A DNA stretch of 64,000 nt from contig CM119264.1 of NCBI GenBank assembly GCA_051294375.1, positions 8,472,268-8,536,267 on the forward strand, given 5' to 3'. The notes under the pieces are model-generated. The model was given only the letters and a program-made list of their open reading frames with translations, had not been told where the DNA came from and searched no databases. Positions 1-12,791 of the stretch are shown one piece after another. The translations under genes were made by a program, and so were the position numbers. Origin of the DNA: Paraspadella gotoi. Lineage: Eukaryota; Animalia; Chaetognatha. Every line of letters begins with the position of its first letter. The stretch's first letter is position 1.

Positions 1-39
1 TTTGAAGATGTGATTAAACGGATGGGAATCTTAACTTTT

Positions 40-70
<31 letters not shown>

Positions 71-2484
71 NNNNNNNNNNNNNNNNNNNNNNNNNTCAGC
101 GACGACAACTGAGCAGCGCGTTTCCTGAGGAACGCCTCCTCTCTTGATTTGGTCAATCAGAAGAAAAGACGGAGAAAGCCAGAGATACAAGCCACTAGAT
201 AATCCATTCTCTGCGTTGGTAATCAAGAAACAAATTTCGGGGTAAAACCCTAAGGTAACATATGAGGCTAAAGGCCTTGTTAACCTTTATCACATCTTTA
301 ACCTTGAAAAATGAGTCCCCTGATGCCGGCCAATAAATACATCGATATATTTACCCAAAAGTTATTTTACTGTGTATCATCAGATAAAATTGATCTCTGG
401 AGTATAAAATTGGGTTAACTCCGTCCCTATTATTGTTAAGAATCTATATATGTTTTCTAGACTCTGGTATATTCCATTGTTTATAGATTGTCTCCATATT
501 TTCATTTATTGTTTAATTAAATATCTTTATTTTGCAAAATATTTTTCAAAGTTTAACACTGAAAATACAGAAACAATCTATCGGCACACATTATTTGAAA
601 ATTTTGAAAGAAATGATTAGTGGTTGGCGTAATGGGCACGATTTTTAAATTTTATCCACCATTTAACACTTTTTCACGCTATTTATGATTTTTTTCAAGT
701 TGCAAGAATTAAAACCGAAAAAATATCAACGCGAGATTGTATCGAAATTAAAAGGCGGAGGAAAGGGAGGAGTGTGTTGAAGACGATGCCGCGAGCAGAT
801 CAAAGTTGCGTTGGCGGTAGCGCCATTTATTATGGCCATTTATGCCCTCCCACACTATTAATTTTTAAAAAATATTTATAGAGTTTTATTTATCAAAGCA
901 TTTTTAAACTATAATGAGCAAAAAAATTTCTCTTTTTTAAAAGTTGTAGTTATCTCGCTTAGGACAATTATCCAAAAAAAATAATGAAAAGTCCGGAAAA
1001 AACGAATGATTGATGCGAAATAACAAACAAAACCAATTAAAAACAACGACAAAACAAAAAATAACAAACCAATTGATAAAAACAAACAAAAACAAACCAA
1101 AAACGTTTTTAAGGATTCAAAAGCCCAATTCTGAGGGGAAAAAAAAAAGCCCTAAAAACTTGTTTATTTCATATTCTAAATAAAATCGTCTTCGGGGACC
1201 GGACGGCAACGGGGACGACCCGACGACTCCGGGACATTTTCTATTCGCAACGGCTAATTTTTCATCGGTTCTGAAGGGCAAAAAAGGAAACAACAAATTA
1301 ACAAAAAATAAAAAACAAACAAAACAAAAAATGAAAATGGAGATTTAAAGTGACCCAAAAAGACGTGCGCCGGCGCAAGTGATCGTCAATTTCGGATGCA
1401 CAATCGGAAACTAGGGCATTTTGAAGAAAATGCAAAACAGATATGACAGATGCAATCTTTGCTTCAGCAAGTCTTAAAAAAATTGCAAGGCCAAACTTAA
1501 CGCAAACCGGGTTATTTTCCATACGAGGGGCGGCCCAATCAATATTTTTTTTTTTCCGCTTTTTCCTATACTCGCTTCCTTATCGGCTCTTTCCTTATGC
1601 GCGCTCGTCTTTCTATTCGAAGAGTTCTCCAGTTCTCAAACCCAAATTCCACCAGGGACCCGGACCCTTCCTGAATTATATCTCTCAACCAACCCTTCTT
1701 CACAAAAAGCCAAGCAAGAGGAAGAGGAGGCTCTTGACCTATTGCGTTCAGTGTCGTGACTCGTGAGTACTGGATCACTTGTATCAAACTCCATTCGTCT
1801 TGTTGACCCCACTGATCCTTACTTCTCCACTTGATCGATCACCAAAAAATCAAAACGGGAATTCACACTAAATAAATACCCGGGAAATTCATTGCCTTCA
1901 CTTTTTCTTTTATCCAAATTTTTTCACCCTCCAAAAATTTTATTCCTTTTCCTCCTTCCTCCTTACTCCTCCTTCCCTCCTCCTCTCTTTTTCTCTCTCC
2001 TTCTCTCTTTCTTCAAAAATTTATTCTTCTGCTCTCTCTTTCGCTCTATTCACCTCTAACCCTCTTTTCTATACCTCCCTTCAAACCTTTCACCCTTTCA
2101 CCCTTTCAACCCTTTCCACCACTTCTCCTCTAAACTCTTCCTTGGCTTTCCTTTCTTTCCCTCCCTTCCTCCCCAATCCAGGGGAGTTCAACCGTCTTTT
2201 TGCCCTCGACCACCCGCGTCACTCAAAAAGGAAAGAAGATTAAAAAAGACAAGAACAGAGTTGAAGAGAGAGAGAGAAGAAGAGAGAAGGAAGACGAGAC
2301 TGGTAGGCAACTACCCATCCTCGTCCCTAGAAATTGATCAATCTCATATATGACACTGTTATGACTAGCACCATCCCCCTCCTGTACGGCAGAAAGAAAG
2401 AAAGAAAAAAAAAGGAAGAAAGAGGGAAGAAAAGAAGAAAAGAAAGAAAGAAAAGAAAGGAAAGAAAGAAAGAAAATAAGGAAA

Positions 2485-2518
<34 letters not shown>

Positions 2519-2850
2519 ATTTCCCTTTTTTAAAATAAATTATTTGGTGGATGATATCGCAAATTCCGTAGATCTTTTCAACCCGGTAAATTTTCCATCC
2601 TCAGCACTTCGAGTTGAATATGCTCTCATCGTCCAAATCTTCCGTTCACGTTAACTCGCACTACGCCGCGTTGCCAGTGGCGCCCTAAATTAGCCCTGAA
2701 GACGGCGTCAGCTTCGTCGCTATTGCGGATGTTTTCTCACTCACGCAAAAACGCGAAAAACCGGACGATGATCAAACGAAAATATCTGTCGTGGCGTCGG
2801 TGATCTATCAGTCTGTTTGTGTGGGGCTTAATGTATGGCAAGAGTCCAAA

Positions 2851-2899
<49 letters not shown>

Positions 2900-3117
2900 C
2901 CCTTTCTCTTTCTCTTTACGATGTTAGGAAGTAAAAGTAATAGTCACGAAGGCGTCAGCGGCGGCGGCGGAGGCGGCGGGGACCGCAGCTGTGCTGCTTC
3001 CGCGTCCGCAGTCCAACCCACCTTGACCCACGCAATGAAACATGAGGGAAAAAAAAGTGCCGCTGCAGCCTCGCTTCTGAGGGAGTATCGAGTTTATGCC
3101 AAATCAACCTCACTCCC

Positions 3118-3165
<48 letters not shown>

Positions 3166-3434
3166 ATCCATTTTCCGATAGCGACGGCTTTAATCTGAAT
3201 TAAAATATAAAAAAAACAAACTATTGTTTCTGTTTCCGATTTCTTTCAAATGTGTTGCGCCGCAGTGCCTTTCTTTTCACGCATTGCATCGGAATCTTGT
3301 CTTTTATTCTTTAAAGTTTTAGGATTTCCTGAAGGCAGCGTAAGCAGTAACTTGGTTTTGTGGTTTTTTCCTGTCTTAACAAATGAGCAATCCACTATAG
3401 GCGAATTATATATATGCATTTTTAACGTAAGTAG

Positions 3435-3570
3435 GACAGACCGATGGACATTGGATACTGGACAGGCATACCGACCGACAGATCGACCGACCGACAGACC
3501 GACCCAAAAGTTACTTATAGAGTTGCTCCGCGAGTACTCGAGAATGAAGCAGAACTGAAATTTGAAAAAA
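3435..3570. mobile_element. Possible end remnant of a DINE-1/HINE-like non-autonomous element
   Basis: (GACC/GACA)n tract followed by TTATAGAGTTGCT..AGCAGAACT..AAAAAA, an imperfect hairpin next to an A-run. This matches the general layout of Helentron-associated elements, but the sequence is noisy and no database match was made. Confidence 0.3.
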
Positions 3571-4039
3571 TGAACTGAATAAAGAATGAAGTAAGTTTTG
3601 GTGATGAAAAGAGAACCGGTTAAATTGAACTTCTGAACTTCGCAAAAAAAGAAAAGTCAAAAAATTTGTTTTTAGAGGAATGAGGGAAAAATGAAAACTA
3701 ATGGTAAGCAGAAAGTCTTTTATCAAAAACGAAGATAAGGACAAAACTAATGATAAAGATCTGAGAAGGATAGAGTGAAAGATAGAATAATAGAGAGAGA
3801 GTTATGAAGAGACGGAGACAGAACTTAAGATAGTAAAGGGTATGAAAAAAAAACGAGAAAGGATAAAAGGGAGAGTAAAAAATCGATTTCGAATACATTG
3901 ATCAATAAATAAATACACGACAGACAGAGAAAGATAGATTCGTGCCTTATTCATTCACAACATAGAATGAAAGAAAGAAAAGTGGACAAAACTCTCATCG
4001 ATGACTATGAGTGAGTTTTCCCTCTTTCGTGTCCCTTCA

Positions 4040-4081
<42 letters not shown>

Positions 4082-5035
4082 CTCTCTCTCTCTTTTTCTC
4101 TTCCTCTCTGCTTCTCACTTAAAATGGTTGTAAGAAAGAGAATGAATCCTGGGCTAACGTTGGTCTGTCATCCGGACTCCTCCGCCGCCATTACGAGAGC
4201 CCAGCCCATTTGTCAATGAATATAAGATTTTCTTGCTCTCTCGCTCGCTCGCTCTCTCGCTTCTCTCTCTCTCTCTCTNNNNNNNNNNCTCTCTCTCTCT
4301 TCTCTCTTTCTCTTTCTCCGGCAGGCAAAAAAGAGGAGGAAGACGATATAATTTTGACGAGAGATTTTAAATATAAAGTNNNNNNNNNNNNNNNNNNNNN
4401 NNNNNNNNNNNNNNNNNNNNNNNNNNNNNNNNNNNNNNNNNNNNNNNNNNNNNNNNNNNNNNNNNNNNNNNNNNNNNNNNNNNNNNNNNNNNNNNNNNNN
4501 NNNNNNNNNNNNNNNNNNNNNNNNNNNNNNNNNNNNNNNNNNNNNNNNNNNNNNNNNNNNNNNNNNNNNNNNNNNNNNNNNNNNNNNNNNNNNNNNNNNN
4601 NNNNNNNNNNNNNNNNNNNNNNNNNNNNNNNNNNNNNNNNNNNNNNNNNNNNNNNNNNNNNNNNNNNNNNNNNNNNNNNNNNNNNNNNNNNNNNNNNNNN
4701 NNNNNNNNNNNNNNNNNNNNNNNNNNNNNNNNNNNNNNNNNNNNNNNNNNNNNNNNNNNNNNNNNNNNNNNNNNNNNNNNNNNNNNNNNNNNNNNNNNNN
4801 NNNNNNNNNNNNNNNNNNNNNNNNNNNNNNNNNNNNNNNNNNNNNNNNNNNNNNNNNNNNNNNNNNNNNNNNNNNNNNNNNNNNNNNNNNNNNNNNNNNN
4901 NNNNNNNNNNNNNNNNNNNNNNNNNNNNNNNNNNNNNNNNNNNNNNNNNNNNNNNNNNNNNNNNNNNNNNNNNNNNNNNNNNNNNNNNNNNNNNNNNNNN
5001 NNNNNNNNNNNNNNNNNNNNNNNNNNNNNNNNNNN

Positions 5036-5071
<36 letters not shown>

Positions 5072-5479
5072 GTTACGCTAGTGAGAGCGAGCTCCAAAAA
5101 CGAAAATTATTCATAGTTTTCTGTCTCTTTTTGACTCGTCCCCTTTTCTTCCCTCACTGGAGTCGCTCACATTCTTTTGCTCTGTTGTCATCGGCTTTAA
5201 TGCTTTTCCCGCTTTATTCTATTACTTCAAAGGGAAGGAGAGTCTTCCTTCTTTTTTTCTTATTTTTTAAATAATTTTCTCAGTTCGTTATTTTTTTTTA
5301 AAGAAACTTTTAAAAACTTTCTTTCTTTCCTTCATATTTAAATACACTACGATCTCATGAATGGTATTCTTTCTTATTTCGAAAAAAATAATTTTCAAAA
5401 TAAATTCATTGATTTTAAAGTAATATTGCGCCATATATAAACAGAAAACTATTTATAAACATTAAAAAAAAAGATAGAA

Positions 5480-7600
5480 AGAGAACGGGTAAATAATAAC
5501 TAAAAGAAAAGTCAAAATTGTTTTTTAAGGAATGAGGAAATGAAAACAATCTTTTATCAAAACGAAGAGAAGGATAGAGTGAAGATAGAATAATAGATTA
5601 TAAACGGACCGACACGACTTCCAACGATACCCGTCAACCACGAGAAAAAAAACGAGAAAGGATAAGAAGAAGGGAGAGTAAAAAAATCGATTTCGAATAC
5701 ATTCGATCGAATAACACTCACCCCCACATACCCCACCGCCCACCCAACACGAAAGATAAGATTCGTGCCTTATCTCTTCACCAAAATATGAAAGAAAGAA
5801 AGAAAAATGACAAAACTCTCAATCGTGACTATGAGTGTAGTTTTCCTCTCGTGTCCCCTCACTTCTCTTCTTCCTCTCCTCTCTCGCTTTCTCTCTCTCT
5901 CTTTTTCTCTCCTCTGCCTGCTTCCACTTAAAAGGTTGTAAAAACGAGAAGATGAATCACTAGCGACTAAACGTTCGTCCCCTGCTCACTCGACTCCTGC
6001 CGCCATTAACGCACGAGCCCAGCCCATTTTCAATGAATAGCTAAGATTTTCCTGCTCTCGTGATCGGCTTCGCCTCGCGATTCTCTCGTGCTGCTCTCTC
6101 ACTCCGGTTCTCTCTCCTCTGTCCATCGTCTCCTCATGCTCTCTCGTCTTCTCCTCATCTCTCTGCCTCTTCTCTCTTCTCTTTCTCACGGCAGGCAAAA
6201 AAAGGAAGGAAGACGATATAGCATTTGACGAGGAGATTTTAAATGCATTAAAGTTTTATCGATTTTTTAAAAAACATGTTTCTCTTCCTTTAACGATCCG
6301 TATCACGACCACCCTATAGCACCACTCACACTCACTGTCATCCGACGCGTCAAACAGTCTCAAAATGCTTCTTCTTCATTGTCTTTTCCACGCCATCATC
6401 TTCCACTTCTTCTTTCATTTTCTACTTCTTTTTTTACCTTCACTCTTGTTTATTTTTAATGTGGATTAATCAGTCTAGCTTTAAAGACTACTTCTAAGCT
6501 TAAACATATTTGTCGGTGTTTTAAACCACATTGTGAAAAACTTAGCAATGAAAACTCGTCATATCACTTTCCCTTCTCCCCCTCGCCATCCCAACTCGTC
6601 TCTCTCCTCTCTCTCTCTCGTTTTCTCTTTCCTCTTCTCGCGGCCAGGGCAACAAAATAGGAGTAAGACGATATAATTTTGACGAGAGATTGTTAAATAT
6701 AACAGGTTTTTACTCGATGATTTTTTTTAACGGCATTGTTCTTTCGTTACGACTCGTCTCGAATACTACCAATATGTCACTGAGGTACTACAAAAATCTA
6801 AACTGTGTTTTCTTCAATTGTTTCTTTTCCAGACCCATCTCTCTCCATTGCTTTTTCATTTCTATTCGTTCTTACCGTCACCTCTTTTTTATATTTTAAC
6901 TGTGCAAATTAATCAGTCTACTTAAGACTACCTTAGCAAAAAACTTTTGCTCGGTGTCTTAAACCTCACATTCTGAAACGTTAGCAATGACCAAACACTC
7001 CCGCAGTTTCGTCCCTTCCTTCTCGCCATCCCGCCCCATCTCTCTCTCTAACGTCTCTCTCTCTCCTCTCTCTCTCTCCTCTTTTCTCTCTCTCTCCTCT
7101 CGTACTCCTCATCTCTCTCTCCTCTCCTCTCTCTTAATCTCCTCACCAGTTACGCTACCGTCGAGCAGCCGAGCTCCAAGAAACGAACAACATTATTCAT
7201 ATTTTTTGTCTCGCTTTTTGACTCGTCTACCGTTTTCTTCCCTCACTGGAGTGCTCACATTCTTTTGCTCTGTTTGTCATACGGCTTTAATGCTTTTTCC
7301 CGCTTTATTCTAATTACTTCAAGAGGGAAGGAGAGTCTTCCTTCTTATTTAATCTTATCTTTTTTAATAAATTTTCTCAGTTACAGTATTGTTTTTTTTT
7401 AAAGAAACTTTTAAAAACTCTCTTTCTTTCTTCATATTTAAATACAACACCGCATCTCATGAAGGTATTCTTTCTGTTTATTTCGCCAGACAAAACATAA
7501 TTTGCAAAATAAATTCACTTGCATTTTAGAAATATTGCGCATATATAAACAGAAAACTAATTTAATAAACATGTAAAAAATAAATGAGTCTAACGGTGTA
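5480..7600 (+). repeat. Noisy tandem duplicate of ~3610-5480
   Basis: Shared anchors GATTCGTGCCTTAT (~3937, ~5760), GAGCCCAGCCCATTT (~4197, ~6015) and TCATGAA(T)GGTATTCTT (~5355, ~7457). Confidence 0.88.
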
Positions 7601-10600
7601 AACTTAACGTAAAAAATATCCTGAGGTCTCTCTCTCTAATCTGTTTCTTTCTCTCCTTCTCTGTCTCCTCTCGTTCGTCCATCTCTCTCTCTCTCTCTCT
7701 CTCTCGTCTCGCTCTCTCCTCTTCTCTCTCTCTCCTCTCCATCTTCTCCTTACCCGCGACNNNNNNNNNNNNNNNNNNNNNNNNNTCTTAGCGACAGTTC
7801 TTTTGTTGTTTTTACGTTTATGTAAGAAATTAAAAACAAAAGCAGACAAAGACACCACAAAACAAAAGTCTGTGAAAGAAACTTTTGAAATACGTTTTAA
7901 TGAGGACTCCTTTAATATTATATCTTTTTGTCTAATATTTTAGAACAATAATCACCAAATTCGTTTGTTTCTGTCTCCGTTCCGAACTTATCACTATTTG
8001 CGTGTGAGATTAGAAAAAAAATTATTGTTCCAAGAACCGTAATTCAATTCATTTTCATTTACCTTCTTTGCTTTCGTCCGTTTTTTGCTTTGTTTGTTTT
8101 TTGTCCGTATTTTCTGTTCTTTGTCCGTACGTCCTATGATTTTCATCGTTTTCCATTATTTTTTCTTGCGTTATTCTTCTGGTTCATTAGTAAAGATAAA
8201 AAAAAAAATCGAAACGGTTCATTTTTTCTCATTCTCTCCCTTAGTTCGTTATTGTTAAACCAGATGTTGTATTAAATTATTAATGTTTTCAAATTCCCGC
8301 TTCCCATCCGATAGCGTTTTCCCATTTTGAGTCATAATCCATTCACAAGCTTGTCAGTTAGATTGTTGGCTATTTATTAATACTATTCTCTGTGACCATA
8401 TATTAAGCCCGATAATCAAACCCGTTAAAAATACCATTGCTATTGGAGACTAACTATCTGTGTTCCTAACAATAAATAGCCCCTTATATCGCGAGACCGA
8501 AGTCCCTTTTCCCTCACCCCGACCCACTCATCCCCCCCGGACAACGCGTTTGTTACCCCGTTGCCATTGGATACCCCTCTTTACCCTGCGCGAGGATTCG
8601 TCCCCACGCGTCTCAGTTGCGCGCTTCAATCTCGACACGTCTCCGCAAAGCGTGAGGGATGATCGTTGCGACGAAAGACGAGGCTTTTGGGGGGAGGGGG
8701 TAAGATGCGAGGTGGGTGAAGGTAGAAAAGGTAGGGGTAGCGGGGAGAAGGGGTTCCCGGCGAGAACATAAATGTATAGAGGATTCGGGTTAAAGATCAA
8801 GAAAGGGGAAATATATGAGGGATTTGTTAGAGCGGGGAAGGAGAAGAAAAAGATTTTAAAATGGGTTGAAGATAATGATTTTTTAGTGGTTTTCTAAGAA
8901 AAAGGTAACTGGTGGTAAAAAGAGAAGGAGAAAGACCAAGGGCTGCTGTCATTTGGGAAATTTGTTTCCAACGAAATTAGATTTTATGATTGAAAATGCA
9001 CAGAAATTAGCGCTAGAAATAGAATGCGCTTGTTAGTTAAGTAAACTATCCAAAGTCAGTGGCAAGATAGCTTATTTATTAAATTAATTCATATTTATAT
9101 GAGTTGTACTAATTTTTTAGCACTTTGGAAGAAAATGCGTATAGTAAAAAGAAAGGTAGTTGTCAGTTCATCTAGCTCATTAGTTGGGGGGGGAACGTAT
9201 TGTCTAAAAAAATGTGTTAGTGGACAAAGATCTTTCACAGTCCGTATTTGTGGGGGAAGAAATGATAAAAAGATACGCATAAAGAGAAAGCGTAAATGAT
9301 TTAAAGGAAGAGACGAGAAGGAAATGCGTAAGCGGGAAGGAGATGGAAGGGCATTTGGGAGGACTTCTCCCTTTGACGAGGGTCGCCTCGGTCGCCCCCT
9401 TGGCCCCCTTCCTTCGCCCCGTCGGTCGGATTAGCGCGAAAATCGAGAGCGTGGGCTGGAAATGGCTCGGGAGTGTCGACGAGGGGGGCGGGCGGGGTGG
9501 TGGAAGGTGGGGCAGTGTTGTCTGGGACGAGGCGCAAAGTATGAGGGTCAAGTGAAGAGGCCAGTTTCTTTGAAAAGGCGTCAGGCTCAGACGCGAAGCA
9601 GGAAGGAAGGAATTGAGAGAAAGATGTCACGAGACACAAAGACGAAGAGAGAAAAAAAAACACTCTTTCTCTCTTTCTCTCTTTTTNNNNNNNNNNNNNN
9701 NNNNNNNNNNNGAACGTCGCGTAACGGACGTAGCATCTCCGTTGGGAAGGACCGTCTTGCAGCCACTGAAGTTGGAGGGTGGTCTTCGGGGTCTCGCCGT
9801 CATTCGTCGGTGTGCCGTCTCGTCTACCTCGTCGTCGTCAGGCGACCGCCATTGACCTTGACCCTCGTCCCGATTCCCGGGTCGAGCGCTTTCGTCGACG
9901 ACCACGACGCGTAACGATACTAACGAAAACGACCTCGCAACGAGCTTGATTCGGAGAGCACCGCGCGGCCACGGCCAAAGCCAAAAGAGGAACCGACCGG
10001 AGAATGGTTTTGCTGCGCCCGACGTTCAGTAGGCGTGACGGGTCGGGCGACGTCTCAGCCCGCGGGCGCGAGGATGGAGCCGGGAGGAGGTGGATCGGAG
10101 GAAAACGGAAAAAAAAAAAAAACTGGATGAACGCAAAAGCTGAAGTCTCCCATTCCATACAGCGTGATTTTCGGTCCTAATGTGATAACCTTATGCACAA
10201 ATCGTCTAGCTTTGGAGCTTGCCTCCACTTACGGCCTATCCGTCATAGTCCAGCGAAGGCATTTTTCTGAGATATTGTTCGCCCAATCACGCCATGAATC
10301 CTCCTTCCTCTACCCAACCCTTCGCCTGCTCGCAGGGTTCATGCTCCCGCCCATATCTTCCCGAGTCACCCTTCTTCATGTTTCCTACGGCTTATGTCAA
10401 TTTCCCTCCACTATTCTACACAAGTGCTTCTTTCATTGCGTAAAGCTCTTACGTAATACACTCAGCACTTCCTGTCCACTCCCCGCCGCTCAGGATCGAT
10501 ATCTGATCTGCTACCGCCGAAACCCAACCAGATTACTATGCTTCCGAATTTCGAAACGTTAGATCCTTCGACCCTACGCTCATCATCTCTATCGCCTCTC

Positions 10601-12791
10601 GCCCCACTGATTGTCATGGAATATGTGGGGTAGTCTTCGTCCCTTTTTATCTCTCCCATCTCCCCAAATACGTTCCGCCAACGTCTGCACCTTTATAAAC
10701 CAGTCCACTAACAACCTCCTCCACTCCGCGTCGATATGGCAGCCAACTGCTCCAATTAAGATCCCTCGTAACTTCACCTGTTCGATTCAGGCGCAACGAA
10801 CCGAGTCCGTGCGTCAACCCCGCGTCCCAGATGTACCGCTGCTGTCAATCTTCACTACCCCCACGGATGACTTCTCGAACTCCGTGACGCCGCTACGTTG
10901 CTCTATTCATCCGTTACTCCTTGGCCTTTCTCTCTTCAACTCACAAGAGGAAGCTGTGCGTTTATTCTAGTTCCACCTGGCTTGCAAAAATTCTCTCGCT
11001 CGATTCCGCATGTCCTTTCTCCGCCCACTTTCTTTCAGCCGATAGCAAGCGATAATTCAGCCTCTACAATTGCATACTCTTACAGTTACTATGTCGGTAC
11101 GCAGAGCTCACCAACTACGGACTGTTTTCGCTAACCGCCCTAATTGTGCCAGCACTTCCCCAGTAGGAGGTCCAGGTATTTTTGTTCCTCCATTGCGATT
11201 CTTTTTCGCCTCTAGGTCACATTTGTTTAAGCTCGACCGCTGCCATATCGTCACTACCAGTCGTCTTCGCGCGCACGCACTACCTACCCCGCCTACATCA
11301 AGTCCTAGCTCGGCTCTAGCCGCCGGTCCGGTGCCAACGCATAGATGGGGTCCCCCGCCCGACTTGGACACCCTCGCTCTCCTCCATCCCAACTTCTCAC
11401 GTGACTTATTGCGAGGTTTGACCTTTTTTCCGTATGACTTGCTTCTCTTTTACGCACAAGTCAACGGTATACCTTCGGGATCTCTACGTTTATTAGTCTG
11501 GCCGGACGGGCTAAAGTGTGTCCACCAACATCTCCGTTGGATGGTAATCCATGCAACGGCCCTTGGATAAGCCCAGTTGAAAGCGCGTCCCATTAACCCG
11601 CCGCTTGTAAACCGGGCATGACCCCGCCTCGTCCGCTCACCTGGGCAAAGCCCAACGTTCGCCCATTCCAAACTTCTCTTTTTCACTATTATTCTTCTCG
11701 CGGGGGGCCACGGTTCCCTGTTAATATTGTCCAGCTGGCCGCGTAGCGTTGCCTGCCAGCACTCTCGCCCTACACGAAGCCTGTCATCCTTCCAGTACCT
11801 GCGGAGAAATGGGACGACGTCACTCATGAAAGTATCCTCGGCGGGCCATACCAAACTCATGGCTGCCCTTCTCTAATGCCGGCCTCTCGCCACCCCACTC
11901 GGCTATCCGATCCCGGCACCCATCCGTGGCCTTTTGACCGGCTGTCAGACACTATCACTGGTTTCTCGACCTCGCTCCTATAGGCAACTAGTCTCTCAGC
12001 GCCCCTAAAGTATGATGAGGCGGAGCGGGTTGTGTTTGAGGCCGAGAGCGAGGATGAGGTGGGCTGAGGAGGCCTCTCGTGGCTTGAACCTTTAGGCGGA
12101 CATACCAATCAGGCGCCCCCTTTTTCTTTCGCTATAGAAAGTCTAAAAGTGGAATTAACAAAAAAACGCGAGGATTGTTTGTGAAGCGAGTTTCTTTCTC
12201 CATGTCTCACTGCGGCCCAAATGAAGCGTGTTACTAGTTGAGGAAGAGGATGATGCCAGATGTTGTTGCAACAAAGATAAAGGATGGCCGGAATTATGTT
12301 GGAAATGGAAGGTTCCGGCCACTTTTGGTTACGGGTAACTGGTTGATGGGGGAATGAGGGGGCGCGGTGGGTTCTGCGGAAAGTATTAAGGAGGACGAGG
12401 GAAAGACCGATTCGAATGGTGGTATCGGTGAGAGGATATTAGGAGGGCAGTGAGGTAGGAAAGAGGAGAGGATCGATGCGGAGGAAGGAATATGATTGAC
12501 TGAGGCACCTTAACGAAGAATTGTTAGGGATAGTCATAAGCTTCGCCCGCCCAAGGCAAACTTGTTCTGTAGTCGATTGCACGATTTAGAGTCGCTCGCT
12601 GGAGAGAGAGGAGGGGAGAAGAATGGGAGACCGACGGTGAGAGCGAGGAGAGGACGTGAGAGAGAAGACTGGAGGAGAGAGCAGAGCGAGAGAGGGACGA
12701 TGAGAGAGAGGAGAGAGAGAGAGATGAGAAGATGAGAGAGAGATTGCGGCCAAGGATTGGCCAAAAAGTTGGGCTCTGTTTACCACTGACC

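Noticed and set aside
71-95. Recurrent runs of exactly 25 N (also at 7761, 9687, 25215, 40310 and 49601)
   Set aside because: These are assembly placeholders consistent with long-read gap-filling software such as PBJelly, not biology.
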